A stretch of DNA of 64,000 bases from a bacterium (GCA_046160485.1 JBJXGV010000001.1:1479-65478), one strand, 5' to 3'; shown: positions 9,896-18,960, counted from the first letter of the stretch. The notes: generated from the sequence alone by a model not told the origin. A program made the numbers and translations.

Positions 9896-11143
9896 TCACC
9901 GCGAGCGGCCGATCTGCGAGGCGACGACTTCTGCGATCGCGCGTGCGGCGATCGCATGCCCCGCCGCCGTCCAGTGCCCGTCCTGCTCGAAGTAGAGCGG
10001 CGGGGCGCTCGAGCCTCGCATCCCGGGAAGCAGATCGACGTACGGGATCCCGCGCGCGGCGGCAAATCGCGCGAGGCGATCCTGCACCGGAGACTCCGTC
10101 AGCAGACGCTCGTCGAACCGAAATCCGAGGCGCTCGAGCCACCAGTACTGGCGGCCGACCTGCGGCGCCGCGGGAATCGCGACGATCACCATGCGCGCGC
10201 CGTGCCGCTCGATGTCGCGCTCGAGGGCGGCGAGCGCTTCCTCCGTCGCGCGCCACGCCTCTTCCATCTCCGCGCCTTCGAGCAACACGTTCTCGACGAT
10301 CGACTCGGGATCGGTCACCGCCTCGGCGAGATTGAACGGATTGACGCGGTATGCGAGCGCGGCCGCGCGGATCGACTCGGGGATCGCGTGATAACGCGCG
10401 GCGACCGTCTCCGCGGAAACACCCGCGCTCGCGCCGACGCGCTCGAGCGCGGGCAGCGTCGCGGGATTCTCCTCGCCCTGCGCGGCCCACCCGAAGCCGG
10501 CCCCGCGAGGCGCGCGTTTCGCGGAGCCCCTCGCGTCGCGCAGCTCGCGAAGCGCGGCGAGAATCGCGACGCGCGGCCGCGGCTGCCTCGTCTCGCGCAG
10601 GGCGTCTGCGACATCGTTGCCCGCGTAAATCGCGACGACGACGACATCCGGCTTGTATCGCGCCGCCGCGCCGAGCAGCACGCGGCCGTAATAAACAGGC
10701 CCCGTCCATGTCACGCCGAAATTGAAGACCTCGATCGACGCGTTGCCTTCGCGCTCGCGCAGAATCGATTCGAGCTGCGCTGTGTAAATTTCACCGGCTT
10801 CGACGCCGGAGCCCCACGTGAAGCTGTCTCCGATTACAGCGACGCGCACGGCGCCCGCGGGCTTCTGCGCAGCGTGATCGCGGTCGCGAAACCCCTGCGC
10901 GTTGATCGCGATCTCGACGTCGTACTCCGGTGTCGTCATGCGCGACACCGTGCTTGGCGGATAACTGCGGTAGCGGCGCGCGTACGTCCCGCGCAGCACG
11001 ATTTCCGCGGCGGCGACGATGATCGCCGACGTGACGACGAGAAGCAGTGCGCTCGCAATCCACGCGGCGCGCCCGGCATCGTGCGTTCCGCGCGCGCGCG
11101 CGGAGGAACGCCTCCATCGCGTCGATCGATCCGTCTTGCTCAT
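9896..11143 (-). CDS. Membrane-anchored SGNH/GDSL-family protein, paralogue 2
   Basis: VAVIGDSFTWGSG, NPFNLAEAVTDPESI and YFEQDGHWT are colinear with paralogues 1 and 3. It has a single N-terminal TM helix. Confidence 0.65.
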   Translation of the reverse strand: MSKTDRSTRWRRSSARARGTHDAGRAAWIASALLLVVTSAIIVAAAEIVLRGTYARRYRSYPPSTVSRMTTPEYDVEIAINAQGFRDRDHAAQKPAGAVRVAVIGDSFTWGSGVEAGEIYTAQLESILREREGNASIEVFNFGVTWTGPVYYGRVLLGAAARYKPDVVVVAIYAGNDVADALRETRQPRPRVAILAALRELRDARGSAKRAPRGAGFGWAAQGEENPATLPALERVGASAGVSAETVAARYHAIPESIRAAALAYRVNPFNLAEAVTDPESIVENVLLEGAEMEEAWRATEEALAALERDIERHGARMVIVAIPAAPQVGRQYWWLERLGFRFDERLLTESPVQDRLARFAAARGIPYVDLLPGMRGSSAPPLYFEQDGHWTAAGHAIAARAIAEVVASQIGRSR

Positions 11144-11180
11144 TCGCGCCTCAACACGTCATGCCGTCTCGCATCGGGCG

Positions 11181-12491
11181 TTACCGGCCCGCGGAGCGCG
11201 ACGCGCCGGCGACGCCGCCCGCCCGAAGCGCCGCCGCGATGAGATGCGCCGCGACCTCATGTCCGCGCGCATTCCAGTGTCCGTCCTGCTCGAAGTAGAG
11301 CGGCGCGCCCGAGTCGCCGCCCGCGCTTCGAAGGGTCGGGAGAAGATCGACGAGTGCCACGCCTTCACGCGCGGCGAACTTCGCGAGGCGATCCTGGAAC
11401 GGCGCGCGCACGAGGATCCGCCGGTCGAGCACGAGCCCCAGATGCGTCGCCCACCAGTATCGCTCGCTCACCTGCACGCCGGCGGGAATGCCGACGAGCA
11501 CCATCGTCGCGCCCGTGCGCGCGATCTCGTCGTGCAGCGCACCGAGCGCGTCTTCCGTTGCGCGCCATCCGCGCTCCATCGTGTCGCCCTCGAGCAAGAG
11601 GTTCTCGATCATCGCTTCCGGATCGAGAACGGCCTCGGCGAGATTGAACGGATTCGAGCGAAACGCGAGCGCATCGGCGACGAGCGGCTCGGGAATCGCG
11701 GCGAGGCGCGCACGCACCTCGGTCTCCGAAACGCCGCGCTCGCGTGCGGCGCGCAGAAGCGCGTCGAGGCTCGCGGGATTCTCGCCGCCGAACGCGTTCC
11801 AGCCGCCCGAGGCCGCGCCATCGCCGGCGCCGGCGCCCGCACCCGCGCCCGCGCCGCGCACGGGGCGCCACCGCGCGACCGCTTCGCCTGCGAGCGCCGC
11901 GAGCGCGAATCGCGGCGGCGTCTCGGACGCCTCGCGCAACGCATCGCTCGCGTCGTTGCCCGCGTACACACAAACGAGCACCACATCGGGATCGTACGCG
12001 GACGCGAATCGCCGCCAAACGCGAGCCGCGTGCAGCGGTCCGGTTCCCGACACCCCGAAGTTGAGCACTTCGATTCGCGGCTCATCGTCACTTGCGGCGG
12101 CGGCGGCGATCGAGTCGCGTCGGGCGATCGCCGCCGCCAAGCGCGACGTAAAGATCGACTCGAACGCGACGCCCGATCCGACGACGAAGCTGTCGCCGAG
12201 CACCGCGAGGCGCACCGTACCGGCGGGCTTGGCGCGCTCGTGCTCCGCGTCGCGAAACCCATCGCGATTCGTCTTCATCTCGACGTCGTACTCCGAGGTT
12301 GCCGTGCGCGTCACGACGCTTCGCGGGAACGTGCGGACGCGGTCGCGCGTGATCACGCGTGCCGCCCACTCGCACGCGAGGAGCGCAACCGCGGTGCACG
12401 CGAGCGCGAGGAGGATGTTGCCGTTCGCGATCGCGCGATAACGCCGCTCGCTTCCGGCGATCGCCGCGAGGAGCGCCGCGTACCCCAGCAC
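11181..12491 (-). CDS. Membrane-anchored SGNH/GDSL-family protein, paralogue 3 (true start probably upstream of 12491)
   Basis: LAVLGDSFVVGSG, NPFNLAEAVLDPEAM and YFEQDGHWN. The frame stays open up to the stop at 12675-12677. Upstream of the GTG at 12491 it encodes GIVLAAAGLALGALLFSHESARPALLGRYSLAYASLLTLF, which aligns with the N-terminus of paralogue 1. Confidence 0.6.
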   Translation of the reverse strand: MLGYAALLAAIAGSERRYRAIANGNILLALACTAVALLACEWAARVITRDRVRTFPRSVVTRTATSEYDVEMKTNRDGFRDAEHERAKPAGTVRLAVLGDSFVVGSGVAFESIFTSRLAAAIARRDSIAAAAASDDEPRIEVLNFGVSGTGPLHAARVWRRFASAYDPDVVLVCVYAGNDASDALREASETPPRFALAALAGEAVARWRPVRGAGAGAGAGAGDGAASGGWNAFGGENPASLDALLRAARERGVSETEVRARLAAIPEPLVADALAFRSNPFNLAEAVLDPEAMIENLLLEGDTMERGWRATEDALGALHDEIARTGATMVLVGIPAGVQVSERYWWATHLGLVLDRRILVRAPFQDRLAKFAAREGVALVDLLPTLRSAGGDSGAPLYFEQDGHWNARGHEVAAHLIAAALRAGGVAGASRSAGR

Positions 12492-12645
12492 GAAGAGCGT
12501 AAGAAGGCTCGCATACGCGAGCGAGTAGCGTCCGAGCAGCGCGGGGCGCGCGCTTTCATGCGAGAAGAGGAGGGCGCCGAGAGCGAGACCCGCCGCGGCG
12601 AGAACGATTCCCGCGGGACGACGGCGCCACGGACCGAACGTCTGA

Positions 12646-13752
12646 CTAAACAGCCTCGGGGAGCGAATCGAGCGTCACGCCTCCCTCGGGCCCCAGATTG
12701 CGGATCATCGCGGCGAGTTCCGCGCGGTAGCCGTGGTAGAGCCGCTCGAGCGCGTCGTCGTCGTCGACGGCGGCTTCGGCGCGCTGCACGATTTCCGCGA
12801 GTTCGCCGCGCGACACCTTCGGGTTTTCCGCCGACTCGGGGCTCGCGATGCGCGTCAGCGTGCGAAGCGCCAGGTGCAGCGCCCAGAGGCAGAAAAGGCG
12901 CGCGCCGCGATGCGCGGAGGGAATCCACAACACGTAACGCTCCGCCTCGTCGAGATGCCCGAGAACGCGCGTTAGGAGCGCCTTAAGCCCCCCCGGCGAG
13001 AGCCGCCATTCGCCATCCTCTTCGTCGAGCGTCGCGGGCGGCAAGAACGCGACGCCGCGCTCGAGATCGCGCCGGTAGTCCTTCAACACGTTCGTCATCT
13101 GGAGCGCGAGACCGAAGCGGTGCCCCCGCGTGATCAGTTCATCCGACGGCGGCCGCGAATCGCCTGTGAAAACGGGATGGAAGAGCCGCGTCAGAAGGCC
13201 GCCGACCGTTGCAGCCGCGTAGTGGCAGTAGTTTTCGAGCTGGTCGAGGTCGTCGCAGACTCGGCGCGGCTGGGAAGGGCTTCCGTTTGGCGTTGCGGCG
13301 CCACCCGCCACGGCGTCCTCGGTCGCCTTCACGCCCGCGTAGGTCGCCATCCCGTCGATCATCTCGTCGACGCAGTTCTGGATCGCGCGCCGCGTGCGCG
13401 CGGGGAGCGTGCGGAACGACTGGAGCACGAGCGGCAAGTGCGAGACGAGCCGCTCGTAACCCTCGTGCGCCACGCCGGGCCACAAGTCGCGGAACTCGCG
13501 CCAAGGAACCGGATCGACCGGATTGCGCAGAAGGCGCTTCAGCAGCCGGAAGAGTCGCGTCCGCGTGCGCGAATCGAGCGTCTCGTGATCCTCGATCGTG
13601 TCGGCGACGCGGCAGATCAGATACGCGACGCAAACCTCGTCGCGCAGGCGCGCCGGAAGCTGCGGAATCGTCAGCGCGAACGTGCGCGAGACGCTCGGCA
13701 GAATTGCGTGGCAGAACGGCAACGGCGCCAGCGATGAACGCGTCTCGTTCAC
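12646..13752 (-). CDS. Squalene synthase (farnesyl-diphosphate farnesyltransferase, squalene/phytoene synthase family)
   Basis: SRTFALTIPQLP, the Asp-rich motif RVADTIEDH and a second motif GLALQMTNVLKDYRRDL. The GTG start at 13752 is chosen because the track start at 13890 abuts the tRNA, and its first 46 codons span a terminator and a promoter-like region. Confidence 0.7.
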   Translation of the reverse strand: MNETRSSLAPLPFCHAILPSVSRTFALTIPQLPARLRDEVCVAYLICRVADTIEDHETLDSRTRTRLFRLLKRLLRNPVDPVPWREFRDLWPGVAHEGYERLVSHLPLVLQSFRTLPARTRRAIQNCVDEMIDGMATYAGVKATEDAVAGGAATPNGSPSQPRRVCDDLDQLENYCHYAAATVGGLLTRLFHPVFTGDSRPPSDELITRGHRFGLALQMTNVLKDYRRDLERGVAFLPPATLDEEDGEWRLSPGGLKALLTRVLGHLDEAERYVLWIPSAHRGARLFCLWALHLALRTLTRIASPESAENPKVSRGELAEIVQRAEAAVDDDDALERLYHGYRAELAAMIRNLGPEGGVTLDSLPEAV

Positions 13753-13809
13753 CGGCCGCGGCCTCGCGATCGGCCGGAGGAACGGGAGGTTCGATTGAAC
13801 ATGGGGGGA

Positions 13810-13838
13810 ATTGTCAAAGAGGCCACTCCCGGCGTCAA
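13810..13838 (-). promoter_or_regulatory. Candidate sigma-70 promoter for the squalene synthase gene
   Basis: The minus strand reads TTGACG (13838-13833), a 17-nt spacer, then GACAAT (13815-13810), about 60 nt upstream of the GTG at 13752. Confidence 0.3.
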
Positions 13839-13875
13839 GAAGCAAAACCCCCAGCGCCGCGATCGACGCTGAGGG
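13837..13875 (-). terminator. Rho-independent terminator downstream of tRNA-Leu
   Basis: The minus strand reads CCCUCAGCG-ucgaucgcgg-CGCUGGGGG (9-bp stem including one G-U pair), followed by UUUUGCUUCUU. Confidence 0.6.
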
Positions 13876-13889
13876 CCACGGAACGAACA

Positions 13890-13974
13890 TGGTGCCGGGG
13901 GCGGGATTTGAACCCGCATGCCTTGCGGCGCCACCCCCTCAAGATGGTGTGTCTGCCAGTTTCACCACCCCGGC
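13890..13974 (-). tRNA. tRNA-Leu (anticodon GAG), type II with long variable arm, CCA encoded
   Basis: Folded by hand from GCCGGGGUGGUGAAACUGGCAGACACACCAUCUUGAGGGGGUGGCGCCGCAAGGCAUGCGGGUUCAAAUCCCGCCCCCGGCACCA. The acceptor arm is GCCGGGG/CCCCGGC, the anticodon stem CCAUC/GGUGG, the loop UUGAGGG and the T arm GCGGG-UUCAAAU-CCCGC. It closely resembles E. coli leuU. Confidence 0.92.
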
Positions 13975-13989
13975 AATTGCTAGAAACTC

Positions 13990-14466
13990 TCAGTTCCCGC
14001 CCGGCGGAACGATCGCCGCACTCGGCGGCTCCGTGGACTGCGCGGGAGTCGAACCGTCTCCCGACGCGGGCGGCGTGCCTGCGGGCGCCTCCGAGCCTGC
14101 CGGTAGATCCGACATCGGCATCACGCCCTGCGTCGGCTGCGAACCTTCATCGCCCGAGCCCGGAGGCGCGGTCGGCGTGAAAGGCGCGGCCACGCCCTCT
14201 TCCTGTGCCTGCTTCGCGAGTGCGGACCTGCGGGTGTTGTTGCTGCCGAGGAGCGTCATCGTAAGCGACGTCACCATGAAGAGAATCGCGAGCACCGTCG
14301 TGGCGCGCGACAAGAACGTCGCCGCCCCGCGGCCACCGAAAACCGCCTGAGTCCCGCCTCCGCCAAATGCCCCCGCGAGCCCTCCGCCCTTACCCGACTG
14401 AAGCAGAACGCTGACGACGAGAAACGCGCAGACGAGAACGTGTATGACACCGATAAACGCGTACAT
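13990..14466 (-). CDS. secG: Preprotein translocase subunit SecG with a Pro/Gly/Ala-rich C-terminal extension
   Basis: MYAFIGVIHVLVCAFLVVSVLLQSGKGGGLAGAFGGGG...FLSRATTVLAILFM is the canonical SecG two-helix core. The extra ~80 aa are low complexity. Confidence 0.85.
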   Translation of the reverse strand: MYAFIGVIHVLVCAFLVVSVLLQSGKGGGLAGAFGGGGTQAVFGGRGAATFLSRATTVLAILFMVTSLTMTLLGSNNTRRSALAKQAQEEGVAAPFTPTAPPGSGDEGSQPTQGVMPMSDLPAGSEAPAGTPPASGDGSTPAQSTEPPSAAIVPPGGN

Positions 14467-14508
14467 GCCTATCGAACCCCTTCCATGACTTCCGCGCGTG
14501 CCCGGCCG

Positions 14509-15267
14509 CTAAAGCCCGGCGCGCACGATCTTGAGAAAGCCTTCCGGCTCGAGGCTCGCTCCGCCAACCAGAGCGCCGTCGATGTCGGATTGCGCCAACA
14601 ACTCCTCGATAGTATCCGGCTTCACGCTTCCGCCATACTGAATTCTCACGACATCGCTAACGCCGTCGCCGAATTTCTGCTTGATCACTTGCCGGATGTG
14701 TTTGTGCACCGCGTTCGCGTCGTAGGGCGTCGCGTTGCGGCCCGTTCCGATCGCCCACACCGGTTCGTACGCGACCACGATTTTGCGCGTCTCGTCGGCC
14801 GTGCGGCCGTTGAGCGCGTCGAGCACCTGGCGCTCGACGATGTCGTTCGTCGCGCCGATCTCGCGCTCGGACTGCGTTTCGCCGACGCAGAGAATCGGCG
14901 TGAGCCCCGCACCGAGTGCCGCGGCGAGCTTCCGGCGCGTCGTCTCGTTCGTCTCGCCGAAGTGCTGCCGCCGCTCCGAGTGGCCGACGAGAACGAACGT
15001 CGCGCCCGCGTCCGCGATCATCTGCGGCGAAACCTCGCCCGTCCATGCGCCGGAGGCCTCCCAGAAGAGGTCCTGCGCGCCGAGCCGGAGCTGTCCGCCG
15101 TCGACCGTAGCGCGCACAGCCTCGAGCGCCGTGAAGGGAGGAATGAGCACCACGTCGGCGGCAAGAGGGGCCTCGCCGAGGCCCTCGCGCACCGCGGCGG
15201 CGAGTGTTGCGGCCTCCGCGCGCGTCTTGAACATCTTCCAGTTTCCGGCGATGACGGGTCGTCTCAT
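14509..15267 (-). CDS. tpiA: Triosephosphate isomerase
   Basis: VIAGNWKMF, LVGHSERR, AYEPVWAIGTG and IQYGGSV. Confidence 0.95.
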   Translation of the reverse strand: MRRPVIAGNWKMFKTRAEAATLAAAVREGLGEAPLAADVVLIPPFTALEAVRATVDGGQLRLGAQDLFWEASGAWTGEVSPQMIADAGATFVLVGHSERRQHFGETNETTRRKLAAALGAGLTPILCVGETQSEREIGATNDIVERQVLDALNGRTADETRKIVVAYEPVWAIGTGRNATPYDANAVHKHIRQVIKQKFGDGVSDVVRIQYGGSVKPDTIEELLAQSDIDGALVGGASLEPEGFLKIVRAGL

Positions 15268-15358
15268 AGGCCGCGCATTCTAGCAGAGGGGCCGATGGCC
15301 GACAACCGTGCGTCCGGCGCGGCCGCCGTGCGGATCGGACGCACTCTCGCAGCGCGTG

Positions 15359-16549
15359 TCACGAAGCGTCATCGAGCGCGGCGACACCCGGAAGCGTCTT
15401 CCCTTCGAGGAACTCGAGCGTCGCGCCGCCGCCGGTCGAAACGTGCGTCACCTTGTCGCCGAGCTTCAGTTCGGCGATCGCGCGCGCCGAGTCGCCCCCG
15501 CCGACGATCGTCGTCGCGCCGCGCGCCGTCGCCGACGCGAGCGCCTCGGCGATCCCGCGCGTCCCGCGCGCGAACGACGGCATCTCGAAAACGCCCATCG
15601 GTCCATTCCAGAGAATGGTGCGAGCGCCCGCGGTCGCAGCGTCGAAGCTTCGAATCGTTTGCGGACCAATGTCGAGGAAACGCATCTGCCGGGGAATCGC
15701 GTTGGCGAGAACGACGCGGCTCGGAGCCTCGTTGTCGACCTCCTCGGCGACGAGCCCGTCGACCGGCAGGAGGATCTTCTCGCTCCCCGCGCCGTCGAGG
15801 ATCGCCTTCGCGACGGCGACGCGGTCTTCCTCGAGCAGCGAGTTTCCGATCTCCCAGCCCTTCGCGCGGAAGAACGTGCACGCCATGCCGCCGCCGATGA
15901 GGAGCCGGTCGACGCGCGGCAAGAGGCTCGTGATGACGTCGATCTTTCCCGAGATTTTCGCGCCGCCGATGATCGCGACGAAGGGATGCTCGGGGCGATG
16001 CATCGCGCCGCCGAGGATGTCGAGTTCCTTCTCCATGAGAAGACCCGCGACGCGCTCCCGCACGAACGGGGCGATGCCCGCGGTCGACGCGTGCGCGCGG
16101 TGCGCCGTGCCGAACGCGTCGTTGACCCAGATCTCGCCGAGCGCCGCGAGCGCGCGCGCGAACGTGGCGTCGTTCGCCTCTTCTTCCGGATGGAAACGGA
16201 GGTTCTCGAGCAACACGACGCTGCCCGCCTCGGCGTCGCGCACCGCGGCCTCGGCTTTCGGCCCGGCGCACTCGTCGCAGAACACGACCTTCGCGCTCAG
16301 AAGCGACCGAAGATGCCGCGCGACCGGCGCGAGCGTCATCGAAGGATTCGGCTTCCCCTTCGGCCGGCCCAGATGAGACATCAAAACGACCTTCGCGCGC
16401 CGCTCGAGCGCGTAGCGAATCGTCGGGAGCGTTTCGCGAATGCGCGTATCGTCGGCGACGTCGCTCCCCTCGATCGGTACGTTGAAATCGACGCGCACGA
16501 GCAGCGTCTTGTCATCGACCGCGATATTCCGAATCGTCTTTTTCGTCAT
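15359..16549 (-). CDS. pgk: Phosphoglycerate kinase
   Basis: MTKKTIRNIAVDDKTLLVRVDFNVP, SHLGRPKG and GGGDS...STGGGATLEFLEG. The internal ATG at 16549 is chosen; the track extension to 16720 overlaps gap. Confidence 0.93.
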   Translation of the reverse strand: MTKKTIRNIAVDDKTLLVRVDFNVPIEGSDVADDTRIRETLPTIRYALERRAKVVLMSHLGRPKGKPNPSMTLAPVARHLRSLLSAKVVFCDECAGPKAEAAVRDAEAGSVVLLENLRFHPEEEANDATFARALAALGEIWVNDAFGTAHRAHASTAGIAPFVRERVAGLLMEKELDILGGAMHRPEHPFVAIIGGAKISGKIDVITSLLPRVDRLLIGGGMACTFFRAKGWEIGNSLLEEDRVAVAKAILDGAGSEKILLPVDGLVAEEVDNEAPSRVVLANAIPRQMRFLDIGPQTIRSFDAATAGARTILWNGPMGVFEMPSFARGTRGIAEALASATARGATTIVGGGDSARAIAELKLGDKVTHVSTGGGATLEFLEGKTLPGVAALDDAS

Positions 16550-16565
16550 GAAATCCTCAAGCGTT

Positions 16566-16586
16566 GGGGCGGCGCATGGCCGCCCC
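16566..16586 (-). other. GC-rich intercistronic hairpin between gap and pgk
   Basis: GGGGCGGC-gcaug-GCCGCCCC (8-bp stem), 60-80 nt after the gap stop, with no U-tract. Confidence 0.4.
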
Positions 16587-16647
16587 TCGTCGTGGAGAAA
16601 ATGTGCGGGCGCAAGTGTCGGCGCGCGCGGCCTGCCGCGGTATCGAG

Positions 16648-17730
<1,083 letters not shown>

Positions 17731-17863
17731 TTAGGGGGCGCACCGAGGGAGCGTCAAGGCGAGAAAGCCGCACGACAGCCGCCCGCGCGGCGCTGAAAGG
17801 CAGCGTTTTGAACGCGGGAGCGAGAACGAGTTTCGGGGGCCTTACCGGGGCGCCGAAACGCGC

Positions 17864-18841
17864 CTAAGACGAGGTGAGCGCGCCCTGTGGCGGCGCGAGC
17901 GGAACGCGCAGGCGGAAATCGGCGCCGCGTTCGCCGTTCGGCGGCGCGAGCAGGAGCGTGCCGCCGTGCAGCGCGGCGATTTGCCGGGCGACCGCCAGCC
18001 CCGCGCCGCGACGGCTATCGCGCGTCGTAAAGCCGGTATCGAAGACGCGCTCGTGAAGCGCCGCGGGCACGCCGGGCCCTTCGTCGCGCACCCCGACCTC
18101 GATCGCGTTCGCTTCGACCAGGTGGGCCGTCGTGATCCAGACGCGCCCGCCTTCGCCGCGGCGCCGCCCCATCGCGTCGGCCGCGTTCGCGAAGAGATTC
18201 ACGAGAAGCTGCTGCATCTGCCCGACGTCGACCGCGGCGGAAGGAAGCCCCTCCTCGAAGTGCGGAACGAACTGAATGTTTTCGAAGCGCGGCAGCGACG
18301 AAGCGAACTCGACGGTGGCGCGCACGACGGCGTTGACGTCGCGCGGCACCAGGCGCGCGCGTTCGCGCGACAGGTCGACGAGTTCGACGATGTTTTCCTG
18401 AGCGCGCTCCACCTCGGCGCGAATGACCTGGATGCTCGCCGGAAGGCGAGCGACCTCGCCGCCCTGCGCCGCGAGGTCGAGGATCTGGCAGCGCGCATTG
18501 ACGATCGTCAGCGAATTCTTGATGTCGGCGCCGATCTCGGCGGCGCGTTTCCCGAGAGACGCCCAACGCTCGCTCTGCGCGAGCTGCGCCTCGATGTCGC
18601 GCGCGCGCTCCTCCGCGATCCGGCAGCGGCCCTCGGCCGCGTCCGTCGTCGCGCGTATCTCATCGACCCGCTGGCCGATCTCGATTAAGCGCTCGGAGAT
18701 CTCCGTCGAAATTCGCGCGAGGTTCTCCCAGACGGCGGCCGTGAGTGATTCCGCGTCGCTGTGAGGACGCTCGGCAAGGGATGCAATATCGCCGGCGATT
18801 TTTCGAAGTTCGTCGAGTTCGTTCTCGAGTGCGCTCTGCAC
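17864..18841 (-). CDS. Soluble histidine-kinase-like protein (coiled coil, degenerate DHp, HATPase_c), H-box His replaced
   Basis: The N box QQLLVNLFANAADAM, the G1 box VRDEGPGVP and the G2 box GAGLAVARQIAALHGG are present. The H-box position reads ERWASLGKRAAEIGADIKNSL, compared with the usual ...AAGIAHEINNPL. There is no TM segment. It starts at a GTG with AGGAG 8 nt upstream. Confidence 0.7.
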   Translation of the reverse strand: MQSALENELDELRKIAGDIASLAERPHSDAESLTAAVWENLARISTEISERLIEIGQRVDEIRATTDAAEGRCRIAEERARDIEAQLAQSERWASLGKRAAEIGADIKNSLTIVNARCQILDLAAQGGEVARLPASIQVIRAEVERAQENIVELVDLSRERARLVPRDVNAVVRATVEFASSLPRFENIQFVPHFEEGLPSAAVDVGQMQQLLVNLFANAADAMGRRRGEGGRVWITTAHLVEANAIEVGVRDEGPGVPAALHERVFDTGFTTRDSRRGAGLAVARQIAALHGGTLLLAPPNGERGADFRLRVPLAPPQGALTSS

Positions 18842-18849
18842 CGATGGTT

Positions 18850-18887
18850 CTCCTAGGCTCCGCGGTACGCGGTGCGGCTCCTAGGAG
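18850..18887 (-). promoter_or_regulatory. Stem-loop that can sequester the Shine-Dalgarno of the kinase-like gene
   Basis: The mRNA reads 5'-CUCCUAGG-(22 nt containing the inner CCGCG-uac-CGCGG hairpin)-CCUAGGAG-aaccaucg-GUG. The 3' arm contains the only AGGAG upstream of the start codon. Confidence 0.4.
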
Positions 18888-18931
18888 TATCGGCTCCGAG
18901 AGGGATGAAACTTGAGCCGCCGGAAAGCAAG

Positions 18932-18960
18932 ACGGCGCGCGCCGTTGTGGCGCGCGCCGT
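18932..18960 (-). terminator. Strong GC hairpin downstream of rnc (possible terminator or processing site)
   Basis: ACGGCGCGCGCC-guugu-GGCGCGCGCCGU is a perfect 12-bp stem, about 40 nt after the rnc stop. Only a weak U-rich tail (GUCUUGCUUUCC) follows. Confidence 0.4.

Noticed and set aside
11800-11860. A GCN-GGN microsatellite-like run encoding GAGAGAGAGAGDGA in SGNH paralogue 3, considered as a possible phase-variation tract.
   Set aside because: It is short and imperfect at the DNA level and stays in frame. It lies in a variable linker that also differs in the other paralogues. There is no evidence of slippage from a single sequence.
13753-13890. The squalene synthase start at the ATG at 13890.
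   Set aside because: The first 46 codons would abut the tRNA gene and span a well-formed intrinsic terminator and a promoter-like TTGACG-N17-GACAAT. The family-typical sequence begins only after the GTG at 13752.
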